Shown: in pieces, positions 1 to 12,297 of the stretch | Layout of the letters: the number at the start of each line of letters is the position of its first letter | Numbering within the stretch: the stretch's first letter is position 1 | DNA from: Eledone cirrhosa | Lineage: Eukaryota | Direction of reading: 5' to 3' | Length of the DNA stretch: 64,000 bases | Assembly (NCBI GenBank): GCA_964016885.1 | Contig: OZ024741.1 | Span: 395,064,001-395,128,000 of the forward strand | Position numbers and translations under genes: made by a program | The notes under the pieces: model-generated | What the model was told of the DNA's origin: nothing | Database searches by the model: none | Seen by the model: only the letters and a program-made list of their open reading frames with translations

Positions 1-608
1 TGGCTTGTAGAGCTCCCACAAGCCATTCAACACCTAGTTTTCTGAGAGCCCACCAGATAATGGGGCAAGGGACTCTGTCAAAGGCTTTCTCCAAGTCAAC
101 AAAAGCTAAGTATAGGGGTTTACTTTTAGCTAGGTACTTCTGTAGTTGTCGTACAATGAAAAGAGCATCTGTGGTACTTTACCCGACACAAACCCGAACT
201 GCATTTCATCTAGATCAATTCTCTCTCTGATTAGTTGCGCTATTACTTTTTCTGTGACCTTCATGACCTGGTCAATTAATTTAATGCCTCTATAGTTTTC
301 CCCCTATCTAGGGCATCGCCTTTACCCTTGTAACAGTTAATGATGATGCTGCTACACCAGTCCTTTGGTACAACCCCATTCTGTATGACTTGGTTTACTA
401 TCCGGGTGACCATGGTGTGTCCCACCGTTTCAGATGCTTTCAGCATTTCAGCAACTATTTCCGAAGGCCCAGCCGCCTTGCCCATCTTCATATCTTTGAA
501 TGCCTTACTTATTATACTACCTTCGACTAACACTGCTGGTCCCTCTATTGGATCGATGTGGGGGAGACTGTCTTTCTCCCATTTATTCTCATTTAGTAGC
601 CTTTCGTA

Positions 609-609
<1 letters not shown>
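1..609 (-). mobile_element. RTE-clade LINE fragment (N-terminal RT region), 5'-truncated against a (CA)n(TA)n run
   Basis: ORF 276-620 has MKMGKAAGPSEIVAEMLKA...PKDWCSSIIINCYKGKGDALDRG. The downstream frame shows QFGF and AFVDLEKAFDRVP motifs. Same family as 6193-7992 and 53690-55876. Confidence 0.9.
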
Positions 610-646
<37 letters not shown>

Positions 647-975
647 CTTTCTGTTGCGCTTTCAGTGAGGACAGCCGTGGGATACTAGCTGCGTTATTAT
701 GGCCCTGGGCTTAAACCCAATGGCTTTTTTTAACTTGATCTCCATTCTCTTGTTTACAGGTATCATTGTCCCCCCTTCTATTGGTAGTTTGTTTTTTTTC
801 CTTTCTCTCCCTCATGGCCTTTTGATAGATAAAACGCTATGGATAGATGGATAGTTAATTATGCTCCGAAACATCCATGACCCATAGTTAACTACTGACA
901 AAGGAAGACTGTCCACCTTGTTTGTGTCTCCTTAGCTTCTAACATACTATCAGTAACCACAGAGCACTTCCTCTC
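647..975 (+). mobile_element. Possible Penelope-like pseudo-LTR fragment between two (TA)n runs
   Basis: Flanked by (TA)n on both sides. Contains a decayed hammerhead-like layout at 837-887 (CTATGG...TCC-GAAA-CATCCATG-AC-CCATAG). Confidence 0.3.
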
Positions 976-1369
976 ATATATATATATATGATGGCTACCC
1001 CCTCATTTCGAGTATGGCCATTGCACAATATAACATTATTAATTAACGCTATTGTGCAATGCCTGTGTGCGAAGATTATTTTTAAAGTGAGGAAAGACTG
1101 TGCACTGAGCCAATCCCACTCTGAGCGACAATAGCTATAACCCGAAAAGAAAAGATCAACATTATCGGTAACTACTTGGCCAGGCACAGTTGGGGATTCA
1201 GCCAGATTAGTTGAAGACAGTTGCTTCTGATAGGACCCGCAGGAGTAAGTGGGCAAAGAAGAATAGGGAAGTCTCTCACCTATTATATCCAAGCCTGCTG
1301 CCAATACCCTTTCATCTACCACATATTTCTCACTATACCATGCCGAGAGATATGGGAAAGCATGCATCT

Positions 1370-1920
1370 GCTAGTTCCTAATGCCCTCACTAGCAACCAA
1401 TATCATCCATTATCACTTACTTTCCTCTCACTATCACCTTGTGTAACAAGGAATGTCTTTGGATCTGTCCATAGTCAGCAGTTATACTCTGCTAATCATT
1501 ATTCAGTATTTCTCTCCAGTAAGAGATTCTTTGCTGACATTTGCCACTCCCTCTTACCATCACCCAAATCTGTTGATATCCATTAATGGCACTCATATCC
1601 AATACCAACACCCACTACTACTAACCATCAGTCTCTCTCCTGCCTGAAACTCTTACCTGACATCTCACGTCTCTGTTGCAATTCATCACCCACTCCTGTC
1701 ATATCTCTATTGCTGTCTAATCAATATGAAATTCATGTTTTTGTTCTACTTAAACTCAAACCCACTACCAACAACCAGTATGTAGTTACCAGTCTCTCTA
1801 CTACATCCCTAACCATCCTATCACTTGGTTTCCTCCTTCACACACATCCATACTCTCCTCACTTTCAACTTCTTAGTCAACATTCTATCCTTCCTAATCA
1901 AACTGTTACATTTGCCTTCA
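1370..1920 (-). mobile_element. Highly degenerate LINE remnant (probably RTE endonuclease region)
   Basis: C/T-rich + strand typical of reversed RTE ORFs in this window. No intact frame. Confidence 0.3.
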
Positions 1921-3439
1921 TATAACAGAGACTATGTAATGTGGAGAGGAGTCCTTAGTCTTGCCTTTGTTTGGCAAGCTTTGTTGGATGCCCTTTATAC
2001 TGTGTGCGTTTATTGTGTAGATCAACATCAGGGAGACTGTCACACTACTGAAGGGTCTTCCCAACAATCTCTTTGGTGAGCTTTCTATGGTTGAATGCCC
2101 TTACTACAAGTGACAAAGCTTTGTAATCGAAGTAAGAACAATTTCGTCAAATATGATGTGATGATGAATGTACGAAAGTGATATATAAGGTAAAAGTAAA
2201 AGGCAAAAGATTTTACTTTTATCTTAAATAACATTTTTATAGATAAAAGCAATACATGTTTCATAAACAATGTGCTTGATCATACAAATTGCCCCTACAT
2301 AATTGATTTGTTCAGTATAAAGTATTTTACATTTAAAAAATACCTAATCTTTAAAATAAGAATTATATATCTAAACTATCATAAGGCATTGGAAAGTTTC
2401 CCAGGGATGCCTCTAAATGCAGTTATTGTAGTTAAGTTCAGGTCAACATATAGTAAGCTAAAAATATCTTTCAATCAACTGAAATTACAACTAATGAATA
2501 CAAAAATCATTAGTATTACTAACTCTTTCGAAAAAGAGTATGAGAGAGTTACAAAACAAATTTTAAAAAATTAAACGAGATATACAGGATGGGGATTCTT
2601 TTGTGCTCACTGCACTGGGTACATTAGCTCACACTTAACTCTACAATAAAGATGTGCTGGCCACAAATCAGAAATTATTAAAACATTTAATAAACTATTT
2701 CCACTGTTGTAGAGCTGACCAAGCCTATCCATAAAACACTCCTTGGCAGAATTGTTAGAGCGTTTGATGTTTTTCTTCAGTATTTGTTCTGACTTTGTTC
2801 TTCATTCAAATCATACCAAGGTCAACTTTATTTTTCATCCTTTTTGTAAACACTATCACAAATCACCAATGGAGTCTCTTCAGGTGGGACAGGCCAAGGA
2901 GTTGGTGGCACATAAGGCAATACATAGATATGAATGGCGACATCCATGCACATTATCACAATAACCTGTGGAGGAGAGAGAGAATGCACAAGTGGGTGAA
3001 GAAGTCTGGGTCAAGCTCCTGAAAGAGACAGACTAGATAATATGAGAGACTTTTTATCAAAATCAAAAGTAGCCGACACCGCTGAGAAAAAGTTTATATA
3101 AAAAAAAAAAATGCTTGTGAAGAAAAATTGCTTATAATTAGTTGCTAATGTGCATGCACACATAAACAGAATGTGAAGGCACCAAGAGGGAATTTTATAG
3201 TTGGTTATCTTGGTGTTCTCCAGAAGGCTAGACAAAGTATGATTAAGAAGTTTATGGAAGGTCGTTCAAAGAAAAATCTTGCAGTCAAGAAGGAAAACAC
3301 TGGTTTGCTGGATGTTGATTGTTTCCCTGGAGGAAATTGGCTGTATTCAAACCCATTAGTTTCATAATGCCCAAGACATGCCATGGTGTCCCTTCCCTAT
3401 CCAACAATTGTGTTGTAAAAAGTAGTTGGAATCTCCAAT

Positions 3440-3770
3440 GGAAGCATATGGCTTAGTGGTTAAAGCATTGGCCTTGCAATCGAAAGGTTGTGAGTTCAAT
3501 TCTCGGACCGGGTGATGTGTTGTTTCCTTGAGCAAGAGACTTTATTTCACATTGTTCAAGTTTACTCAGCTGTAGAAATGAGATGATAGGGACTAGGGTC
3601 CCTATCATTCCACTGCAAAGTGGTCGTGGAGGTGCCACGGCAAAAAGCACCCAGCACTCACTGTAAATGAGGTTGGTGTTAGGAAGGGCATCCAGCTGTA
3701 GAAATCAAGCCAGTATCAGTTCCGCCCCACCCTTGCAAGCAGGGAAAAGCAGACGTAAAATGAAATGATG
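3440..3770 (+). mobile_element. tRNA-derived CORE-type SINE (family B) with RTE-derived tail
   Basis: A box TGGCTTAGTGG, B box GAGTTCAATTC, CORE-like TCCTTGAGCAAGAGACTTTA, RTE-like tail AGGAAGGGCATCCAGCTGTAGAAA ending in ATGA repeats. Near-identical inverted copy at 10578-10897. Confidence 0.85.
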
Positions 3771-6044
3771 AATACTAGTTTAAACTATTTAAAAACCATT
3801 TGCTAAAAAAACATACTATGAGTCAAAGAAACAACCCTTTCTAAAAATGATGAATTCCCGAAACACCTGGATGTATATGAACATAATTTAAAAGGTGATG
3901 ATTTTGCAATGCCCCCAGATGAAAACGAGAAATCTTTGTCTCATGTAGACAAGCAGCTAAACCCAGAATGTCATCAAGCAGGAGAACATGATTGTTAAAA
4001 GAATATACAATATCTAGTATAAAATTCTCACCAATACTTCATATTAACTATACTACAGTAAACTATAGTACTGTAAGAACACATGTCCATCAAAACATAG
4101 TAGGCCTGGTAAACTGTAGTTGTAAAGAGCATTTAGCTAGTAGATTGAATATATTATTAAAAACTAGAAAGAAAATACTGTTACAAAACTTAATTATTGC
4201 TCATGAAATACATTATTCCCTAACCTCTATTTTGCAATGGTGAACAGGGTTTTAATTAAATGCCAAAAGTCACGAGAATAAAAAATACACAGCAGACTAT
4301 TTGAGACAGCTGATAGCAATAATTTTTTAAAGTCAGTACCCTATTCTTAGATTAGAACAATGAATATGTATAATTTACCTGATTGCCTTTTCACCATGGA
4401 ACTCAATGCAGTATAAACTGCAGGGTAATAAAAAAAAAAAAGAAAATTATAAAATTAAAATTTAAAAACTTGTTTTATTTTATATAGTTATAAAGACATT
4501 TGAGGTGTTCAAATCAAAGGAAAAAATTGTCAAGAGAGAATGTTGTATATTACAAAAAATGCTTAATTAGCAGAGGGAAATGAGGAAATATTCATGTTGA
4601 ATTTTTAGAGGAATTGGTGCATATGCTGAAAAGTGAACAATAATATAGTTCTGCAAATTTCCAACCAATCCATTGATTTTATGGCAGGAATATATCAGTT
4701 TTAGTAATCCTAAAGTATAGATTAGTGGACGTTAACAAAAACGACAATTTACTTGAAAGACTTTAGGTCAGAAGCTTTTAAAAAAAGAACAGACAGCAAA
4801 TTTATGTTCATTGAAATAGAAATTTACACATTCCATCTAATTTAAACATAAACAATGTACCTTCTGCAAATACTCAGGATTTTAAAAAGCTGTGTGTGGT
4901 TGTGTATGTGTGTGTGTGTGTACATATGCATAAATAATTTAAAGGAGACTAATTAAATGCCAGAGAATATATTTTTCTATCTTTTTAGTTATTACATTTT
5001 TTTTTTTTTTCCTGAAATGAATACTTTTACCTTATCCAAAGAATGATTTCCAGAAAGCATGGCAATAACAAGTTAATCATACTACACCAAAATTTGTTTT
5101 CTCCGTTATTTTAGAATGTCATGCCCTGAATTTATTCAGTTTGATATATACTAAGTTTATAGGTTCCACAATTTCAGAGAAACATGCTGTCAAACAGCAT
5201 GGTTATAATAATTTTGCCTTATTTTGAACAGCTTACATATAGTCTGTAGTTGGCATCACACAATCTATTAAAAGTCATATTGAATACCAATATAATTTCA
5301 ATTCTTTCAGAGAAATAAAGATATATATTTGTCCATCTCAAAGTATATATTTTTGTCCTTAACAACTGTATAATTTACAATTCCTTTTTTTTTTTTCAAC
5401 ATGATTTCTTTTGATACTCACAGTCTAAATGTTTTTACCTTTATCAAATATAGCATTTATTTTAGTGGATTCACTGTAAAGTAATGGCTTTTGATTCCTG
5501 ATACTTATAATTCAGTCAAGCTTCAAAATGTTCAGCAATCCAGGAGTTGCTTTGTAATTCAATATAATGTACATCAATTTTGTAAAATGATGGCAATATA
5601 CAAAGTGTACACATACATCTGGTAGAACTGCAGTAAAAACAACATGGTTGCTGAAAGGGCCAATATTAAAAGAAAAACTGAAAAAAAAAAAAAAAAAAAA
5701 AAAAAGAAAAATTAATATTATGCAAAGATATTCCAAAAAGAAAATAAGCTTCAAGAAATTTGAATAGAATAACTAATCAAATTACTTTCTGATTTATGCT
5801 AATTATCCCATTTTAAAACACAAATAATGAAATAGCTAAATTGCCCACACATTCTGTTCAATTTTCGGTGTTTATTTTTATCCTTTAAAACTAAAACTCA
5901 GATAAATTGGGCCAAAAGTAACAAATACATGAACAGCAAAAATCAGACATCAGGGGAATTTATTCCAATTATCTACCAAGATAAGATGGAATAACTTTAG
6001 ACATGGTGATGGATGCTAGAGAACTCCTTACTGTGGCAATCTAA

Positions 6045-8086
6045 TTAACCCTTTAGCATTTAAACCAGCCATATCCAGCCAGAATTCTCTGAACTCTTTC
6101 TATTCAAACCAGCTGTAACTGGCTACTCATACTGATTTTAAAGTATTGTTCTCAGTTAATATAAGTTAATATAAAAATCTCAGCTTCGATATTCATCATC
6201 ATCGTTTTACGTCCGTTCTTCCACGCTAGCATGGGTTAGATGGGTTGTCCTGTTGTGGGCAGTGTCTGGTCGGCTGACCTTGTCTTACTCATATGGGAAC
6301 TGATTCTGGCTTGATTTCTACAGCTGGATGCCCTTCCTAACACCAACCTCATTTACAGTGAGTGCTGGGTGCTTTTTTTCCGTGGCGCCTACACGTCCAC
6401 TTTACAGTGTGGGCTGGGTGCTTTTTTGCCGTGGCACCTCCACGACAACTTTACAGTGGGAGGGTGTGGGGCATATTGTCTATATGCTTTAGCTTTGGCT
6501 TGTATCCATGGGGGTGGCATGTCTTCTGTATTACTGCGCGACGCCAGAGGTCGTGGACATGTGTCATCGCCTTTCAGCGGTGTAATTGGGTAAGGTCGGC
6601 TTTTATCACCTCATCCCAGGTCTTCTTGGGTCTCCCCACTCCACAGTTTCCATCGACTTCTACTGCTCTGCACCTTTTTATGCAGCTGTCATCCTTCATA
6701 CACATCACATGTCCATATCAACGCAACTGCCTCTCCTGCACACAGCATTTGATTCTTCTTATGCTCAGTCTCTCAATTCATTTATGCTTTGCCGTTCGCG
6801 TATATTATTATTACACATCCATCGGAGCATTCAGGCTTCGTTTCTTTCTAATCTACGCAAGTCTTCCACAGACAGTGCCCAGGTCTTGCTACCATGTAAC
6901 ATTGCTGTTCGTATACATGCATCATAGTCTGCCTTTCATTTTGAGAGAAAAGCGTTTTGCAGCTAGCAGTGGCTCCCTGAACTTCTTCCATCCCGTTCTT
7001 ACCCTAGTTATTGTACTTTCCGAACACCCACCTACGCTGCTAATTCGGTCACCTAGGTAGCAGAAGCTGTCTACTGTTTATACAGAGCCCTCCCAGAGTT
7101 TGGTGGTACTTGTTTCCTGTGGCTGTTTGCTGCCCCAGCACAGCTGCTACATGTGAAGCCTACATTCTTAGTTAAGCTTCCCGAGATCCCGCTACATCTC
7201 TTGTGTACCCATTGTTTGCATTTGGGGGCAGAGAATGGAGTTCCCACCTACACCTTTCCTACATAATGAGCAAGGCCATTTCCTTGAGGGGATCTGGGTT
7301 CTGTTTTCTCGTCTACTTACAAGGACCTTAGTCTTTGTCAGGTTGACTTTGAGACCCTTTCTTTCTAGTCCCTGCTTCCAAGTTTGGAATTTCTTCTCTA
7401 GTTCTACCTTAGATTCAGCTCTAAGTGCAAGGTCATCTGCATACAAGAGTTCCCATTGGTCTTAAACTCCTCCGTTATTGCCTGCATGACTATGATGAAC
7501 AGAAGGCTAAGAACAGAGCCCTGGTGGACATTGACCTGCACGCTAAATTCCTCGCTATACTCATTGCTAATCCTAACTTTGCTGACTGCTCCCCTATACA
7601 TGGCTTGTACAGCTTTCACAAGCCATTCATCTACTCCTAGTTTTCTAAGAGCCCACCAGATTATAGCACGGGGTCTCTGTCAAAGGCTTTCTCCAGATCG
7701 ACGAATGCCAGGTAGAGTGGCTTACTTTTAGCTAAGTACTTTTCCTGTAACTGCCTCACAAGGAAGAGGGCATCAGTTGTGCATCTTTCTGGCACAAACC
7801 CAAATTGCATCTCATCTAGTTTCACCTGGTCCCTAATCAACTGTGCTATAACTTGCTGTTACTTTCATGACCTGGTCCATCAGCTTTATACCTCTATAGT
7901 TTCCTCTATCTAATACATCACCTTTACCTTTGTAGCAGTTGACAGTGATCCTACTGCACCTTTGGTATGACACCTAGTATTACCTGGTTAACAATACAAT
8001 ATTATGTGAGATAATTATATGAGGTAAAGCTTTTACCATGAAAATACAATAGTAAATATAGAGTAATGTAAATACTATAGAGTTAA
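6045..8086. mobile_element. TTAA-bounded (piggyBac-like) MITE split by an RTE insertion
   Basis: Left end TTAA-CCCTTTAG at 6045. Segments 6045-6192 and ~7998-8086 together align with the reverse complement of the intact copy at 17413-17611. Confidence 0.75.
6193..7992 (-). mobile_element. RTE LINE (family A), 5'-truncated, with RT, 3'UTR and (GAT)n tail
   Basis: VHQGSVLS and YADDLAL RT motifs, KWPCSLCRKGVGGNSILC Cys-rich insert, frameshifts and stops. The 3'UTR has tandem ~40-bp units, a terminal hairpin and a CATCATCAT tail on +. Confidence 0.92.
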
Positions 8087-9429
8087 TGGTGGGTGAGAAA
8101 AATACAAAAAGAGTCAACTTTGTTGGTAAAAAGGGGAGTTTAATGCAATATGATTCAATTAATGTGTATGGCTAACTTGCATAAAAGGAGGAACATGAAC
8201 CAAGAGAGGGATCAAAAGCATTAGCGAATACAAATGGGTTACAGATACAGAGTAGATAAAGTGTTGAGCTGACAATGGAGGTATGCATGTTAACATGCTG
8301 TAAGACACACCTAACTCCTATTAATGCCAAGAAAAAAACATTGAAATGACAACGAAATCAAATATTAGGTTAGTCTACTAATAACTGATTCAATGAATTA
8401 TATTCGTAATAGAATTCTTCATAATTTCTTTTTCTTATGATTAGGCAAAAATATGAAAAAACTACAAATTATTTCATTTAGTAGCAAAGGAAACCATGAA
8501 AACATAAGTTTATTACACAACCCTATAACAGGAAATGACAAACTAATTGCACAAAACAATCACTTTAAAAAATTATCCTACATAGTGCTACAAACACCCT
8601 GTTAACCCTCTTACCATACTATAACTTCTCCCTTTCACTCATATTCATTCTCTCTTCCCACTTAACCCCCCTTCAAACCATACACACAGGCACATTTGTC
8701 TTGAAAGAATGGAGATGTCTGAGTGGAGAGGACTTTTGTCTTATAAGAGGCAAGGCAACATCTAATGGTGGTGCCATGATAAAATGCACCATATATAAAA
8801 TGGTTGGTAATTGAACAAGGAAAATGTAGTGAGCCTTGAGGACATGGAAACCTCTCTAGTGTTGGTGCCATGATAAAATGCAACCAATATACTTAAGAGG
8901 TTAGTGTAGAAAACATGCCAAACATTGGAAAGCATAAATGAAACATGGTTCTCTGAGCCATCAAGGAGGTAATACCTCCCAATAAGTACTAAGATTATGT
9001 ATGGTGTCCAAACTATTCCAGCATGAAAAGCAGATAAAATGATGATATTCTTAACAGCATTCAATTAGTCGGCACAACAATAAAATGGACAGAGTGAAAA
9101 TAAATACTAGGGGAAAACATTCAATGCTATGGAAAATGCAGGCTAATAGATACAGCGTAACATCTGAATTAAGTAGTCAATCAAAACAATGCACTAGGTG
9201 CAATGTTTTATTAACATATACTAACCACAAGGTGTATAGACTGCAATGATGATTCATTTCAAGTTTGGTTACAGTTATTTAGGCAGAGCATGTGGTAGTT
9301 AGCTATAATAATGGCAAGGAATTTAATGAGCCAGTGAAAGAGCCTCTACATAATTGCTTGACCAGCTATAACTAACAGTAATCTCTCCAAATAATTCCAC
9401 ACCAAGATCTCACATATCTTAAAGCGCAC

Positions 9430-10012
9430 ACAGGTGACATTATGCTCACAAACTCCTACCATTATCCAGATATTGCGGCAAAACTATACTAATCTGACAA
9501 AAATCACGTTGAAACCTGGCTACAAAACAGTAGAGGGCATAAAAGAAAGCAAATTTGACCAACAGAAAGAAACAACTAAAGCCATTTGTGGGCCATACTA
9601 GTTTCTCCACAAAGTAAATAGAACACTTGAATACGAAATGGCACAGGCTGTTGTAATATGCTTCAACTCTCAATCTCATTAAAAACAAAATAAGTTCCAA
9701 ACCCACCGATATACAACAGCATCCGAAACACAGAAACAGCTGCAACATTGATGAAATACATCCCACCAGCAATAAGCACAGAGGAACAACTCATGCGTTG
9801 AGGCCACCTTACATGTCTCAACTGTAGCTACCACCAGAATCTGCAGCTGTATATAGACTGGAGAGTAGAGAGAATGCAAGATATCCAGAGTCAGTTACAC
9901 TACACCAAGAATGGCACTCAGCCAGACAGAGAAATGATGCAACTGGAAAAAAATGAATCTCACATGCCATAAGTCTGTGTGATCAGAGTTGACTTGAGGT
10001 CACAATAATAAC
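9430..10012 (+). mobile_element. Degenerate LINE 3' fragment (I/Ingi/RTEX-like C-terminus)
   Basis: Decayed PP.I..EE..L.R...SQL..GY...L..Y-like motif followed by a short (AAT) tail. No intact frame. Confidence 0.35.
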
Positions 10013-10577
10013 TTAAAAGAGCTCTTTTGATGAAGGTGAACAAAACAGCAAGAGTGAATAAGCATTAATCAATCTAACGTCAAAGTTTAATCTAAATGAA
10101 TAAAGTATAATCCTGAAATTCATGATTTGTAAAATATTGCATTTTCAGAATACATTCAGTTGAAGCCATTTTCCCCGTTGAATCAGAGGTTAGCTATGTG
10201 GGTTCCATCACACATTTTAGTATACTTATAGGTTCCCTTTTCAAGTAGTGGCAGGGATGGATGGAATAGAATAAAACATTTGGGTAAGTAATAAATGTAA
10301 CACTAGTAAGTACTAATTATTTACTCTTCATCCTCAATTAGATATAACCTTGTCATAACCATCCCATTTTCAGATATAGGGCATCAAGAACTATATCAAT
10401 AAATGCTCTTTGCTTGAGATGGTAGTATGAGATTTGACTATTTCTTGTATGGTAAGCAAGAGGCAACCTAGTTTAAATACTAGTAATTAAAATAATACCT
10501 TAGTTGAGAAATCAGTAAATGGATCCACTATCAATTTTGATTAGTATTCCAGTTGTAAGATCAACTGAACCACATAT

Positions 10578-10897
10578 ATCATTTCATTTTACATCCGCTT
10601 TTTCCCTGCTTGCAAGGGTGGGACGGGAACTGATTCTGGCTTGATTTCTACAGCTGGATGCCCTTCCTAACACCAACCTCATTTACAGTGAGTGCTGGGT
10701 GCTTTTTTGCCGTGGTACCTCCACGACCACTTTGCAGTGGAATGATATGGACCTCAGTCCCTATCATCTCATTTCTACAGCTGAGTAAACTGGAGCAATG
10801 TGAAATAAAGTATCTTGCTCAAGGAAACAACACATCACTTGGTCTGAGAATTGAACTCACAACCTTTTGATTGCAAGGCCCTAAGCCATGTGCCTCC
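10578..10897 (-). mobile_element. tRNA-derived CORE-type SINE (family B)
   Basis: Reverse-complement match to 3440-3770 over its full length. ATATAT on both flanks. Confidence 0.85.
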
Positions 10898-10904
10898 ATA
10901 TATG

Positions 10905-11480
10905 AAACTATATAGATAATAAACAACGACAAGGATATCGTCCGAGTGTGGAAGAGCCAAACTCACACTGTCATCACCTCCATCTCTCTGTATGGTGAGC
11001 AAATGGGGGTCCCATGTGCTGGCGTTCCCACAGCCCCAGCGGACAGAATGGAGAAAGTGTTTCCCCGGAGGATGGTAAGGGAGATGCGCTGGAATAACCA
11101 TTCCATCTCGTGATGTTCATACATGCAGCTGGCCAGCTCAGCGCCTATGGTGGTGAGTAGGGAAGTAGCCCTAGGGCCAAGGACACCAGAAGTCTCCAAT
11201 GCGAAGGGCCTGACCGCAAACCTGTCGGAGAGAGACTGGTACTTGGAGAGTTTTCCCTCCTCAGCCCGACGTGCAGCAGTACCTGGGTTAGTCGCAGACT
11301 GCACCAGGCTGCAGCTGGAGAAAATGTTGCTGAAAGTGGCATCCCAGACGAGGGGTTTGCCACCGCAGAACGGGAAGATGGTCATACCATCTGGCCTTTT
11401 GCCGTCTCCTCGGTCCAGCCCCACAGCTTGAGCTGGGAGGGGAAGCCTGCAGCATCCAAACCATGCTTTATGACCTCGTT
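10905..11480 (-). mobile_element. CRE-clade (restriction-like endonuclease) non-LTR retrotransposon 3' fragment
   Basis: DGKRPDGMTIFPF..GKPLVWDAT...AEEGKLSKY...PFALETSG...FQRISLTILRGN is the PD-(D/E)xK REL C-terminus typical of CRE-like elements. GC-rich and CpG-retaining. Confidence 0.8.
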
Positions 11481-12094
11481 GAAGGCTAGAGTTTAAGTGG
11501 TGACATATTTCACCAATGTGTGCATCAATGTAATTCTTTGCAGTGTTTGACAAGGCTGACCATTTGAATTACAGAGTCCATCTGATAGGGTTCTGCAATT
11601 TCGACTCAAAAGACTGGGGTGACCTAAGGCTATGATAAAAGTCAATTCCCAACCACGTCCAGGACCTCATTATTAACTATTTAGCCAGGACAATACCCAG
11701 AACATAATTTTTAAGTGATATGACAATGCTAAAGATAGTTAAAGATATGAGAACCACTCTCAGTTTTCTTCATTAATTGGATTTTAAAGCAAAAAGGTAA
11801 CATTGTACAAGATTCTTAGAATTTAAAAAGAGAAAAAAAATTAACCTGAGAAAACCCACCCAGTTGGTCATTGTTGAGCCAAATTAAAGCTGAGAAAAAA
11901 AGAATGGTATATATTTTATAAAAAAAAGTAAAACTGAGTAGGATGCCCCAATAGCCAATAGATTTCTGAAAGACAACTTCAAGAATGAAAGATCTTTGAG
12001 GATAGCTAATTCCAGAGAATATGCCAAGACATCCTGGTAATTAACCTAAAACACACTCCTATTCCAATAATCATACTTAAAGCCCATGCTGTAA

Positions 12095-12297
12095 TGTGGC
12101 TGTGTAGGTAACACGGTAAAAAGTTCCCAGTCCACACTGTAAATGTGGTTGGTGTTAAGAAGGGTATTAGCCTTAGAAAACCTGCCAGATAGTCCTATAT
12201 GAGCGAGACACAGTCACCCGACCAACCTTGCCTCAAGTGGGACAACTCCAGTCTAACCCATGCTAGCATGGCAGATGGACGTTAAACGAAGATGATC
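12095..12297 (+). mobile_element. RTE family-A 3' tail fragment or short RTE-dependent SINE
   Basis: Matches the RTE 3' end at 55700-55865 (CACACTGTAAATGTGGTTGGTGTT...CCATGCTAGCATGG...GGACGTTAAACGA). Confidence 0.7.

Noticed and set aside
2743-3030. Short ORFs with HRYEWRHP and VGEEVWVK
   Set aside because: Possibly a decayed Gypsy integrase tail, but too fragmentary to call and not a host gene.
3440-3512. tRNA gene (A and B boxes)
   Set aside because: It is the head of a multi-copy SINE with no proper cloverleaf. The same applies to family A heads.
6362-7731. Plus-strand ORFs of 70-230 aa over LINE copies (also at 54461-55701 and 61445-62022)
   Set aside because: Antisense shadow frames of RTE elements.
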